From positions 600,001 to 632,000 of the forward strand of contig NZ_OZ034918.1 in NCBI RefSeq assembly GCF_964030745.1: DNA of 32,000 bases, in the 5' to 3' direction. Positions 8,073 to 17,444 of the stretch are shown piece after piece. Position numbers and translations under genes: made by a program. Origin of the DNA: Candidatus Saccharimonadota bacterium. GTDB taxonomy: Bacteria; Bacteroidota; Bacteroidia; Cytophagales; Amoebophilaceae. The notes under the pieces are model-generated. The model had not been told where the DNA came from, did no database searches, and saw only the letters and a program-made list of their open reading frames with translations. The number at the start of each line of letters is the position of its first letter. Position 1 is the stretch's first letter.

Positions 8073-8738
8073 ATGCTTATAGCCAAAGAAGTTTGTAAGT
8101 CTTACAATGGATATCAGATCCTAAACCAAATTAATATATCGATCCATACTGGAGAAATGGTAGCCATTATGGGCTCCTCCGGGGCTGGGAAAACCACGTT
8201 ATTACATCTTATATCTACACTAGATAAACCAGATAGTGGTTCCTTAACACTAGATGGAACAGATCTTCTAGGATTAGCAGGCAATGCACTGGCTACATTT
8301 AGGAATAAAAAAATAGGATTTGTTTTTCAGTTTCATAACCTGTTACCCGAATTTACGCTCTTTGAGAACATTTGTATGCCTGGTTATATTGGCTTATTTC
8401 CTCAAAAATCAGTAACACAAAGAGCCAATGAGCTGTTAGCCTTACTGGGCATTAGCCATCGCAAAAATCATCTGCCAGAGGCTGTTTCTGGCGGAGAACG
8501 ACAACGGGCGGCTATAGCTCGAGCATTGATCAATAGGCCATCAATTGTGTTTGCTGATGAACCAAGTGGTAATCTTGATGCCCAAAATGCTGAGGTGTTG
8601 CATGGGCTTTTTTTAGATCTCTCTAAGCGATTAAAGCAAACGGTTGTCTTGGTAACCCATAACCAGTCATTGGCAACTATTGCAGATAGGGTTTTCTTAC
8701 TAGAAGATGGTATATTGCAGCCAGCTAAAAGCTGGTAG
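8073..8738 (+). CDS. ABC transporter ATP-binding protein (LolD/MacB/FtsE-like subfamily)
   Basis: Starts at internal ATG 8073 (MLIAKEVCKSYNGYQIL), downstream of the tRNA. Walker A GSSGAGKTT, signature VSGGERQR, Walker B IVFADEPSGNLD, H-loop VTHN. Confidence 0.85.
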   Translation: MLIAKEVCKSYNGYQILNQINISIHTGEMVAIMGSSGAGKTTLLHLISTLDKPDSGSLTLDGTDLLGLAGNALATFRNKKIGFVFQFHNLLPEFTLFENICMPGYIGLFPQKSVTQRANELLALLGISHRKNHLPEAVSGGERQRAAIARALINRPSIVFADEPSGNLDAQNAEVLHGLFLDLSKRLKQTVVLVTHNQSLATIADRVFLLEDGILQPAKSW

Positions 8739-8833
8739 CCGTAAAGCACATAACTGCATTAATGTACTCATGATTTTTAACTGCGTGCCTAATTTTTAAT
8801 ATCGGTGGGCATAAACGGGGGCATACTAAGCCA

Positions 8834-8841
8834 TACATTTG
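8834..8841 (+). promoter_or_regulatory. candidate -7 promoter box (TAnnTTTG) upstream of holA
   Basis: An exact TAcaTTTG lies 20 nt upstream of ATG 8862. I saw no clear -33 TTTG. The box sits inside the GTG-extended ORF, which argues for the shorter start. Confidence 0.3.
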
Positions 8842-8861
8842 AAAACCAGCAACACCCTAAT

Positions 8862-9884
8862 ATGATGCAATCTGCACAAACTGTTCTACAAAACCTGAAA
8901 AAAGGTATATATGCTCCTATCTATTTTTTACAAGGAGAGGAAGCATACTATATTGATGCCATTACCCAATATATCGAAGAACAACTGCTTACACCAGCTG
9001 AAAGAACCTTTAACCTAACCATTACCTATGGTAAAGAATGCAGCATGGACACGCTGCTTACTCAAGCACGTCGTTTTCCAATGGCTGCTTCGCTACAAGT
9101 GGTTATTGTTAAAGAAGCGCAAGAGATGGCAGACTTAAAAAACACTAAGGGGCAACAGCTGCTGTTGCATTACTTACAGCGCCCACAGCCTACCACCCTA
9201 TTGGTTTTTGCATACAAATATAAAACAATAGATGGTCGCAGTACTTTTGGCAAAGCATTAAGCAAACAAAATGTGCTGGTTACCTCTAAAAAATTATATG
9301 ATCAACAGCTACCTGGCTTTATCAAATCCTTTGTACAAAACCTGGAGTTGTCTATAACAGAAAAAGCCCTCTACTTAGTAGAGGCTTATATTGGAAACGA
9401 CCTAGCAAGAATCGCTAGTGAACTCCATAAATTACGTATTAACCTTACACCAGGAAGCACTATTACCGATCACATTGTAGAAACCTATATAGGGCTACAT
9501 AGGCCTTTTAATCTATTTGCACTACAAAAGGCCATGATGCAAAAAGATTACCCGAAAAGTTACCAAATTATCAGTGTTTGCGCATCCAATGCAAAAGAGC
9601 ATGCTGCACTACCCATTGTAACCATTTTATATAATCTTTTCTCTAAATTACTTGTATTGCATCAAACAAAAGAAAGCACCCCTGCTAAAATTGCACAACA
9701 AATTGATGTACACCCTTATTTTATACAAGGATATCTTGATGCAGTGCAAAACTATACACTAAAGCAAACCATGAAAAATATCACCTATCTCCATCAAGCA
9801 GACCTTCAATTAAAGGGAATAAGTGCCAATACCAGTGATTATCAGATTATGAAAGAATTAATCTTTAAATTGATGCACCCCTAG
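8862..9884 (+). CDS. holA: DNA polymerase III subunit delta
   Basis: The N-terminus MMQSAQTVLQNLKKGIYAPIYFLQGEEAYYIDAITQYIEE fits the Bacteroidota HolA pattern, and the length is right (about 340 aa from ATG 8862). The ORF track start 8805 is GTG. Confidence 0.75.
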   Translation: MMQSAQTVLQNLKKGIYAPIYFLQGEEAYYIDAITQYIEEQLLTPAERTFNLTITYGKECSMDTLLTQARRFPMAASLQVVIVKEAQEMADLKNTKGQQLLLHYLQRPQPTTLLVFAYKYKTIDGRSTFGKALSKQNVLVTSKKLYDQQLPGFIKSFVQNLELSITEKALYLVEAYIGNDLARIASELHKLRINLTPGSTITDHIVETYIGLHRPFNLFALQKAMMQKDYPKSYQIISVCASNAKEHAALPIVTILYNLFSKLLVLHQTKESTPAKIAQQIDVHPYFIQGYLDAVQNYTLKQTMKNITYLHQADLQLKGISANTSDYQIMKELIFKLMHP

Positions 9885-10037
9885 AATAAAAAGAATTGTA
9901 AAATAATGGTAAGCTATAAGGAATTTAATAGAAAGCAGCTTTATGAAAAAGGTGCATACTAGCCCTAGTAAGATAAATTAGAAATCCATATTTTGGTTAT
10001 ATGGAGCTTTTCCAATCATTTGAATTTAGTATACCCC

Positions 10038-13000
10038 ATGATACAATCAATATATACCGTTATCGTAATGGCTATTTTTTTAATAGCCACCCCTTATAAG
10101 GGCTTCTCTGCAGCCAACCACCAACCCAGTTCATTTCCGGAAGCCATTTTGCATGAAGGGGTAGTACTTTTTGATCAACATCAATATGCAATGGCCCAAA
10201 AGTACTTCGAAACCTATTTAAGCAGTCAGAAAAAAAAGTATCAACAAGATGAGGCTGCTTATTATGCGGTACGTTCTGCTTTAAAAAATAAAGATCCGCA
10301 TGTCGACATCCTTTTGCAATACTTTATAGTAAGGTATCCTACCAGCACACATGCAGAAACCATGCGTTATCATTTAGCAAAATGTTTTTTTGAAACAGGT
10401 TTGTTTGATAAAAGTCTTGCGCTATATCGAAATATTGAAGCAGCTTGCTTGTTGCCTAAGGAGCGAGCAGCCCTTCCATATGAGGTGGGCGTTACTTGTT
10501 TACAACTAAAACGTTGGGAAGATGCAAAAAAATGGTTTGGCGCTATTCAAAACAAAGATCATGCTTATTATTATCCTGCACAATTACAGATGAGCTATAT
10601 AGCTTTTGAGCAAGGAGATTATGATGGTGCGCTGGCAGCACTTAAAAAAGCCAGTAAAAAATATCCCCTAGAAACCCAACAATTAACATTAAAAGTATAC
10701 CATAAAGCGGAGCAATTTGAACCATTGCTTGCCTATGTGCAAAGCTGTGCTGCCTCCTCTTTTACCAAACAAGATCGGTTGCTTATTGCTGATGCTTATT
10801 TTTTCCTTAAGCAATATCCAAACGCCATTATCCACTATCAGGCTGCATTAGATGATGAGACAGACAGCATAACCCGGGCTAAGCTGGGCCATGCTTTATA
10901 TGAAACGGAACAGTATGATCAAGCGATGGCTTGCTTTGAGCAATTGTTGTATACGCCTAGCCCTCTTTCGAAAGCGATTGGTGGTACGCAAATTTTAGGA
11001 GAAGCGCAGTCGAGCACTGCAGCATGCTCAGATGTGTTTGAGGAGCATAGACAAGCTTCGACACCAAAACTACCATCAGAAATTGAGCTTCAAAAGAGGT
11101 CTAATGATCGTGCCAGTCAAATTGCTGCCTACTATAGTGGTCTTATCTATGAAAAAGATGGTGCCATTCCATCCGCCATAGCTGCTTTTGCTCAAGCTGA
11201 ACGGCTAAAGTCTGATACAGAAATAGGCGATTTGGCTGCTATCAAGCTTGCAGGTTTGCGTTATCAACAAGGGGCCCTTACAGAGGTTATAGAATCGATG
11301 ACTGCTTTTATAGCAGCCCACCAAGAAAGCAAGCATCTTTCCACTGCACAAGCCTTACTGATGCAGTGCTACTATAAAACAAAAGCTTACCAACTAGCTA
11401 TAGATTATATAGCAACGCTACCCTATAAAACTGAATCACTCTTAAGATTATACCAAAAAGTACTGTTTTATAGAGGGTTAGAAGCCTACAATATGGTTAC
11501 GTTAGATGTTGCTGTTCAATACTTGAAGCAATCGTTGCTTTTCCCTTTTAAGCCATCTTTAGTGCTACAAGCCCAGTTTTGGCTGGGAGAAACCTTTTCT
11601 GCGCTGGGGAAATATGATAAAGCATTAAAGTTTTATACAAAATATATGCAAGAAGGCAGTTTAAATACACTCTATTATGAGAAAAACCTATATGGACTAG
11701 CCTATGGTTATTTTAACACGGGTCATTACACCACTGCAGCCAAAACCTTTGAGCAATATATAGCGATTACGGAAAAACAACCTGCTGCTACCCACTATGA
11801 TGCAATCCTTCGGTTGGCTGATTGTTATTATGTAAAGAAAAACTACGAAGCAGCACTTAAGTTATATGCACGTGTGTATACCTATAATCCAGCCCATGTT
11901 CGCTACCAAGAAGCACTCATTTATCAGGCATTAGGAGACAATGCTCGTTCAGAACGTTGCCTCCAGGAAGTACTCACCAACCATACAGAAACTAAATATT
12001 ATGAAAAAGCATGCTATCATAAGGCTTGTACCGTATTCAATGCAGGCAATTATGCAGCAGCCATTCAATCATTTAGCTACCTGATTGAAAGGGACCCAGC
12101 TAGTGCCCTATATCCAGATTTATTAATGAAACGGGCTATTGCTTATGAAAACCTTCAAAAATATGAGGCCGCTGCTGCCGATTATATGGCCATTTTAGAT
12201 CAATACCCTACACATCTCCATGCAGAAAGTGCTTTAATGGCCTTATCGAACCTATCTGCTGGCACTCCTGAAAAAATGGATGTCTATTTAGAAAAGTATG
12301 CCCATATCGCCCAAAAAATGGCCAGCCATTCCGACGAGCGTGCCATTGATGGAGCCAGACAGCTCTTTTATAGTCAAGCTTACGATAAGGTATTGCAACA
12401 ACTTACTGGTTTCGATAAGAAACATCCACGTAGTCAGCTGCTTTCAGAGGCTTATTTTTTAATGGCAGAAAGCTATTATAGGCTCCAAAAGTACACTCAG
12501 GCTATAGGCTATTATAAAAAGGTAGCAGCTAGCCGTCAAGTTACCTTTCATAAAAAAGCATGGTTAAGAATGGCTGATCTGGCCTACCAAGGCAAGCGTT
12601 TTCAAGAGGCGGTCACCCATTACCAAAAACTCCAGCATATGCAACTAACCGATAAAGAATACCACCATGTCTTAACTGGGCTTATAAAGGCTAGTTTTCT
12701 TCTAAAGCAATATCAAGTTACAACACCGGCTTGTTTACAATTATTAAATAGTCCTAAAGATGCACCTATTGAAATCATTCAACAGGCTTCTCTTTATCTA
12801 GGAAAGGTAATGATGCAACGATCAGAATACCAACGTGCTAGAAGCCATTTTTTAAAGGCTAGTACTCCACAACATACTGTTACTGCAGCAGAAGCACAAT
12901 ATCTCTTGGCCCATACAGCATTTAAGCTAAAAGCCTACAAGGCCTCTTTAAATAATTTATTTGACCTTGTAGAAAAATTTACACACAACAATCATTATAT

Positions 13001-13169
13001 AGACGATGCCTTTTTACTTATGGCAGATAACTATACAATGATGGGTAATCTTACACAAGCCAAAGCCACCTTGGACTCTATGATTGGTCAATCCAAAAAT
13101 AAAAAGAAGATTGGCCTGGCCAAGCAAAAAAGAGCCGCAGTGGTTGCTAAAATTAAAAAGCAACAATAG
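10038..13169 (+). CDS. large secreted/periplasmic tetratricopeptide-repeat (TPR) protein
   Basis: ATG 10038 gives a signal-like N-terminus, MIQSIYTVIVMAIFLIATPYKGFSAA. The protein has many 34-aa TPR-like units (A..Y....Y..A...F......P). It carries a 48-codon non-TPR insert at 10959-11102. Confidence 0.8.
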   Translation: MIQSIYTVIVMAIFLIATPYKGFSAANHQPSSFPEAILHEGVVLFDQHQYAMAQKYFETYLSSQKKKYQQDEAAYYAVRSALKNKDPHVDILLQYFIVRYPTSTHAETMRYHLAKCFFETGLFDKSLALYRNIEAACLLPKERAALPYEVGVTCLQLKRWEDAKKWFGAIQNKDHAYYYPAQLQMSYIAFEQGDYDGALAALKKASKKYPLETQQLTLKVYHKAEQFEPLLAYVQSCAASSFTKQDRLLIADAYFFLKQYPNAIIHYQAALDDETDSITRAKLGHALYETEQYDQAMACFEQLLYTPSPLSKAIGGTQILGEAQSSTAACSDVFEEHRQASTPKLPSEIELQKRSNDRASQIAAYYSGLIYEKDGAIPSAIAAFAQAERLKSDTEIGDLAAIKLAGLRYQQGALTEVIESMTAFIAAHQESKHLSTAQALLMQCYYKTKAYQLAIDYIATLPYKTESLLRLYQKVLFYRGLEAYNMVTLDVAVQYLKQSLLFPFKPSLVLQAQFWLGETFSALGKYDKALKFYTKYMQEGSLNTLYYEKNLYGLAYGYFNTGHYTTAAKTFEQYIAITEKQPAATHYDAILRLADCYYVKKNYEAALKLYARVYTYNPAHVRYQEALIYQALGDNARSERCLQEVLTNHTETKYYEKACYHKACTVFNAGNYAAAIQSFSYLIERDPASALYPDLLMKRAIAYENLQKYEAAAADYMAILDQYPTHLHAESALMALSNLSAGTPEKMDVYLEKYAHIAQKMASHSDERAIDGARQLFYSQAYDKVLQQLTGFDKKHPRSQLLSEAYFLMAESYYRLQKYTQAIGYYKKVAASRQVTFHKKAWLRMADLAYQGKRFQEAVTHYQKLQHMQLTDKEYHHVLTGLIKASFLLKQYQVTTPACLQLLNSPKDAPIEIIQQASLYLGKVMMQRSEYQRARSHFLKASTPQHTVTAAEAQYLLAHTAFKLKAYKASLNNLFDLVEKFTHNNHYIDDAFLLMADNYTMMGNLTQAKATLDSMIGQSKNKKKIGLAKQKRAAVVAKIKKQQ
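10959..11102 (+). repeat. family-A palindromic element, copy A1, in-frame inside the TPR CDS
   Basis: 144 nt align end to end with 24038-24183 and with the reverse complement of 27985-28126. One conserved block is ttaggagaagcgcagtcgagcac...gatgtgtttgaggagcatagacaagcttcgacaccaaaa. The termini are degenerate (agccctctttcgaaagcgat / gagcttcaaaagaggtct). Confidence 0.8.
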
Positions 13170-13171
13170 TT

Positions 13172-14857
13172 TTATTTTTCAACCATCTGCTTGCTAAGCG
13201 CTTCTCTGTTTACGGTTTCATATGCCCAACTATCTATCATTCTAGTCTCCTCATTAAAGTTAAGACCTAAAAGTATAAGGGCTTTTTGTCTGAGTAAGTA
13301 AGGCTTATAATACCCGTTTGCTTTGATTTGGTCTAAGGCTATTTGACCAGTGGATTTATACTTAAGCTCTATAATATAGATGGCTGTGCCTAATTCTAAA
13401 ACAATATCTGACCTGCCTTGGCTGGAAGCGGATTCACTATACATCTGCATTCTCCTACCACCTAAAAATCCTAATCCTTGTAGCAGCATATGTAAATTGC
13501 TATGGTATTGTTTTTCTTGTTTGGTATCTAGGTAATAAGGAAGTGTAGCAAAAACTGTATTGATGTGATCTATAAAAGCTTCAATTTTTTTATTGGATAA
13601 GGCATTTCTGATGGTATCCCGTTCTTGAATAAAATAATCCTTTACGTTTTTTTCCAAACTAGACTGTATACTTTTCTGGAAAGACGCTGCTATTTCTTTA
13701 TTGGGAAATTTTAATCTATATAGACTGGTAGATTCATCATAGTGGTCAATGGTCAGATAGCCGGTTTGAAACATCAGAGACTTTAAACTAATCTCATTTC
13801 TGCTTTCTGTATAGATTAACTCTTCTCTAACGGCCTCTATTTGTAGGTTTTCCATATTCATATCAAACCTATCAGGATCTGCTAGCATCTGATTAATAAG
13901 TAAGCTTGGACTACCTGACTCGTACCAGTAGTTGGCTAGTTCGCCAGAGTCTAAAAATCGTAGCGTAGACCACGGATTGTATACACTTAGACCATTCTGA
14001 TGAAATCTATACCCATTGTAATAAGCTGCAATACGCTGCATTACTTCTGATTCAGTGACTTTTTTGTTTTCTTTTTCGCTCCATTTTTTAGCAATATCTT
14101 GCAAATTGTTTGAAAATATGGTTAGCATTTCTTCTTGTGTATAGCCAAACATCGCATCTGCAGATGCATCAATGGTAATGTCTTTTAAATGATTGGCTCC
14201 TGAAAATACATCAGATAAACTGAATTTACTTACGCCAGTGATAAAAGTGAGTTGAAAGTAGTCATTTAGTGACTTTAAAGTCATAAAGAAATCTTTCATG
14301 ACTTTGATATTGGCTTTTTCCAGATCGGAGCCTTTGGTTAGATGAACAATAGGGGCATCATATTCGTCTATCAATACTACTATTTTAGATTCATAATTAC
14401 ATGACCGGATATCTTTGTTGGAACTAATGCGATTTAAGTTTACTAACTGCAAGACTAAATCCTCTAAACTCTCCTTGATCGTGGCGTTCTCTATTACTAA
14501 TCCATATAGCCATGCTATTTTTTTTAGAGCGCTTTTGATGGAGTTTTTTAATTCATCTGGTGTGTCATTGGTCAACCTAGATAGGTCCAGTCTAATAATA
14601 GGATATTTCTTCCATGCATATCCGTTTTCTGGCTTACCTATATGATAGTCTTTAAATACTTCTTGCTCACCGTTGCATATGGTAGTTAGTGTATTGATAA
14701 ATAAAGACTTGCCAAATCTCCTAGGACGGGCTATAAATACAGGATTTTCTTTTTCTATTAATTCTTGTGCATACCGGGTTTTATCTACATAATAGCCTGT
14801 TCTGATCACCCTTTCAACATCTGAATAACCAATAGGCAGTGCATCTATCTTACGCAT
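13172..14857 (-). CDS. AAA-ATPase-like protein with C-terminal PD-(D/E)XK nuclease domain (Pfam AAA-ATPase_like + PDDEXK_9 architecture)
   Basis: 561 aa. N-terminus LPIGYSDVERVIRTGYYVDKTRY, P-loop-like RPRRFGKS, Walker-B-like VVLIDEYD, C-terminal GRSDIVLE...IYIIELKYK (D...E.K). Confidence 0.8.
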   Translation of the reverse strand: MRKIDALPIGYSDVERVIRTGYYVDKTRYAQELIEKENPVFIARPRRFGKSLFINTLTTICNGEQEVFKDYHIGKPENGYAWKKYPIIRLDLSRLTNDTPDELKNSIKSALKKIAWLYGLVIENATIKESLEDLVLQLVNLNRISSNKDIRSCNYESKIVVLIDEYDAPIVHLTKGSDLEKANIKVMKDFFMTLKSLNDYFQLTFITGVSKFSLSDVFSGANHLKDITIDASADAMFGYTQEEMLTIFSNNLQDIAKKWSEKENKKVTESEVMQRIAAYYNGYRFHQNGLSVYNPWSTLRFLDSGELANYWYESGSPSLLINQMLADPDRFDMNMENLQIEAVREELIYTESRNEISLKSLMFQTGYLTIDHYDESTSLYRLKFPNKEIAASFQKSIQSSLEKNVKDYFIQERDTIRNALSNKKIEAFIDHINTVFATLPYYLDTKQEKQYHSNLHMLLQGLGFLGGRRMQMYSESASSQGRSDIVLELGTAIYIIELKYKSTGQIALDQIKANGYYKPYLLRQKALILLGLNFNEETRMIDSWAYETVNREALSKQMVEK

Positions 14858-15360
14858 AATTTTATCTCTTTATATTGATCATTTGTTATAAAACAAACTA
14901 TACCAAGACGAATATAGGGTAAAATTTAGATCTATGAATTTTTAGATCGGTATATCTTATTGATAGAGGAACTAGTAAAGGATAGGAAGGTACGGGATCT
15001 AGTTGATAAACACCCAATGCCGTCAATCTAAGGAAAGTTTTAAACTAGCCAATATTATTTATATAGCTGAAAATCAATTGTATAATATATTGTTTTTAGG
15101 TTGATAGCATTGAGTGAACGGTAGTTTAGGAATATGGAAACAACAAAATATATTTACATACTTATATCAAAAAACCCCACAGTTTAGTGAACGCTTCCCT
15201 ATCATAATTTTATCTATATCCCAAACATACCTACTCAATTTCTACCCACTTGCATCTAGAATTCACTATTTCTATTCACTTGAAAGAAAAGTTTCAATAC
15301 AATCTAACATGTACATAATTTTCCCAAAAACCACGCACCATAGGTTATCTAGTAATTATC

Positions 15361-17133
15361 CTATTCCTCCCATTCCTCCTGGCTATATCTACTCGTTAAA
15401 TTAACTGAACCGGCTTTTTTAACAACTAAATCATAAGTAGCATAAGCGGCTAATACAGCCTTGCCTGAAAAAGCAATACCCACTTCCACTACTTCCTTTA
15501 CATGAGGATGCTGCAATAATTCGGTATGGTAAGATTGATCTTGAATTTGTTTTAGCGCAACTTTTGCTACATTTTCTAGTTCTTCTTCCTTACGTAGATG
15601 CTTAAATTCCAATAGAAGTGCTTTTGAACCTGTTTGTTTAGGAATCAATAGCACATCATAACGGCCAAAGCCACTTTCCCTATTGGAACGTATATAGTAT
15701 CGATCACTGATGCTAGCCAACATAGCTAAAACAAAACCATGATAAAAGCTTTCGCCTTGTTTAGCAGCATGCACATCAAAAAAGCTAGCACTTTGTAAGA
15801 GATAGGCGTTTAAATCTCGTGTAAATTCATTTATTTTACCAGAAAGTAAATGATTCAAAAAAGTATCATACCTATGCTGACTAGGAAATTTACTAAGCAA
15901 CCATTCTTCAAAAAATCTATTATAGAGCCTGCGTACTTCATTATTAGGAATCTTAACTGAGCAATCATATAAATCACTATGCTTACTTAAAATACTTTTT
16001 TCAAAAGTTAAATAGCCAGCAAATAAAAGCAAACTCCATAAAGCATTTTCGCTGGTACCTAACAAATCAAAAGAAATATGCCTATCAATGAACACTTTTA
16101 AAACTTCTCCCTGCATCAATTGTTCGAATTGCTCTTTAATGCTATTGTTAGAGTTAAGAATCAGTTGCTTAATTAAATCATTATTTCCAGTATTAACCCA
16201 GTATACATCAAAACGACCCGATCTATTGACACAGGAAATAATAGACCAAGGATTATACATAACTAGCTTGCCTACCTTGTAACCATTGTACCAATTTCTT
16301 ACTGATTCTATGGAAGTATTCAAACCATTTGCCTTAAATAAAGATGCAACTTCATTCTCACTAAAGCCAAAGCAACTGCTATATGGCTCATCTAGCATGG
16401 TATAGGTTTCTAAGTTATTCAATCCAGATAGGATACTATCCTTAGAAACACGCAATATGCCTGTTAAAACGCCCCTGGCTAATGCATCATTATCTTTTAA
16501 AGCAGCACTAAAGAGATTGCGCATAAATGCGACCATAGTATTCAAATATTCCTTATTGCCATAAGCTTTGTTTAATGGGGTGTCGTATTCATCTATGAGA
16601 ATATAGACCTTTTGACCATGGTGTTGGTAGAGACATTGACTTAACAACTTTAGAGAATCTTCTAAAGCCTCTTGACCGGCAGATTGATTAATAATATCTT
16701 TAAAAGTTTTTAACTGTGCCGTATTGAGCTTTGAGCCCTTTAATAAATATTCAAATGAACTAAATAGGAAAGCTATCTGTTTACTGATTTTATTGTACGC
16801 TCTTTCAAAGTTATCCGAATGCACATCCTTAAAACTTATCATAATAACGGGATACTTTCCTTGATACTGCTGAATGTATCCGCCGCCATTTAACTTACCA
16901 ATCATTAAATCATCAAATAAACCTTGTGTTTTTACCCCATTCACCTCTGAGGCAAAAAAATGGTGCAACATAGACATATTCAGCGTTTTACCCCAGCGAC
17001 GGGGACGGGTAATTAAAGTAACCTCCTCACCTTCACGCAATAGATCCGCTATCATAGCTGTTTTATCACAAAAAAGGTAATCGTTAGCTACCAACTTATG
17101 GAAGTTACTAACCCCAATCGGTAATTTGCTCAT
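15361..17133 (-). CDS. AAA-ATPase-like protein with C-terminal PD-(D/E)XK nuclease domain, divergent paralog
   Basis: 590 aa. N-terminus MSKLPIGVSNFHKLVANDYLFCDKT, RPRRWGKT, YILIDEYD, C-terminal GRYDVLLIP...ALLLEFKHL. Confidence 0.8.
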   Translation of the reverse strand: MSKLPIGVSNFHKLVANDYLFCDKTAMIADLLREGEEVTLITRPRRWGKTLNMSMLHHFFASEVNGVKTQGLFDDLMIGKLNGGGYIQQYQGKYPVIMISFKDVHSDNFERAYNKISKQIAFLFSSFEYLLKGSKLNTAQLKTFKDIINQSAGQEALEDSLKLLSQCLYQHHGQKVYILIDEYDTPLNKAYGNKEYLNTMVAFMRNLFSAALKDNDALARGVLTGILRVSKDSILSGLNNLETYTMLDEPYSSCFGFSENEVASLFKANGLNTSIESVRNWYNGYKVGKLVMYNPWSIISCVNRSGRFDVYWVNTGNNDLIKQLILNSNNSIKEQFEQLMQGEVLKVFIDRHISFDLLGTSENALWSLLLFAGYLTFEKSILSKHSDLYDCSVKIPNNEVRRLYNRFFEEWLLSKFPSQHRYDTFLNHLLSGKINEFTRDLNAYLLQSASFFDVHAAKQGESFYHGFVLAMLASISDRYYIRSNRESGFGRYDVLLIPKQTGSKALLLEFKHLRKEEELENVAKVALKQIQDQSYHTELLQHPHVKEVVEVGIAFSGKAVLAAYATYDLVVKKAGSVNLTSRYSQEEWEE

Positions 17134-17335
17134 GACTAGACTAGAAGATTTTAAGTTTTACTAACAATGAACTTAAAAGTTAATTAAATTGATTTAAACT
17201 AAATTAAACTATAGTAGGCTAGTTTAAGTTTTTTTGCCTCTGATCGTAAAGATTTTAAAAGATAGTTGGCATAAATTATCTTTTTTAGTCTATTATAGAT
17301 TGGCAACTTGTCTTTTTATCTCGATTCTTTTTTGT

Positions 17336-17343
17336 TAAATTTG
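17336..17343 (+). promoter_or_regulatory. candidate -7 promoter box (TAnnTTTG) for rplY-pth
   Basis: An exact TAaaTTTG lies 101 nt upstream of the rplY ATG. A 9-bp hairpin (17356-17385) sits in the predicted leader. Confidence 0.3.
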
Positions 17344-17444
17344 GTTCTCCTTGAAGTAGTATGCACTATGGTAGTGGCATGCTACATTCCAGGTAGGTGC
17401 TAATCGGAAAGGTTTTATTTTTTAATTGATCACAAACAAAAGAT

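Noticed and set aside
15114-15404. 96-aa ORF in the spacer between the two AAA-ATPase-like genes
   Set aside because: It is a low-complexity, AT-rich translation with a TTG/GTG-type start and no motifs. It also overlaps the 3' end of the downstream gene.
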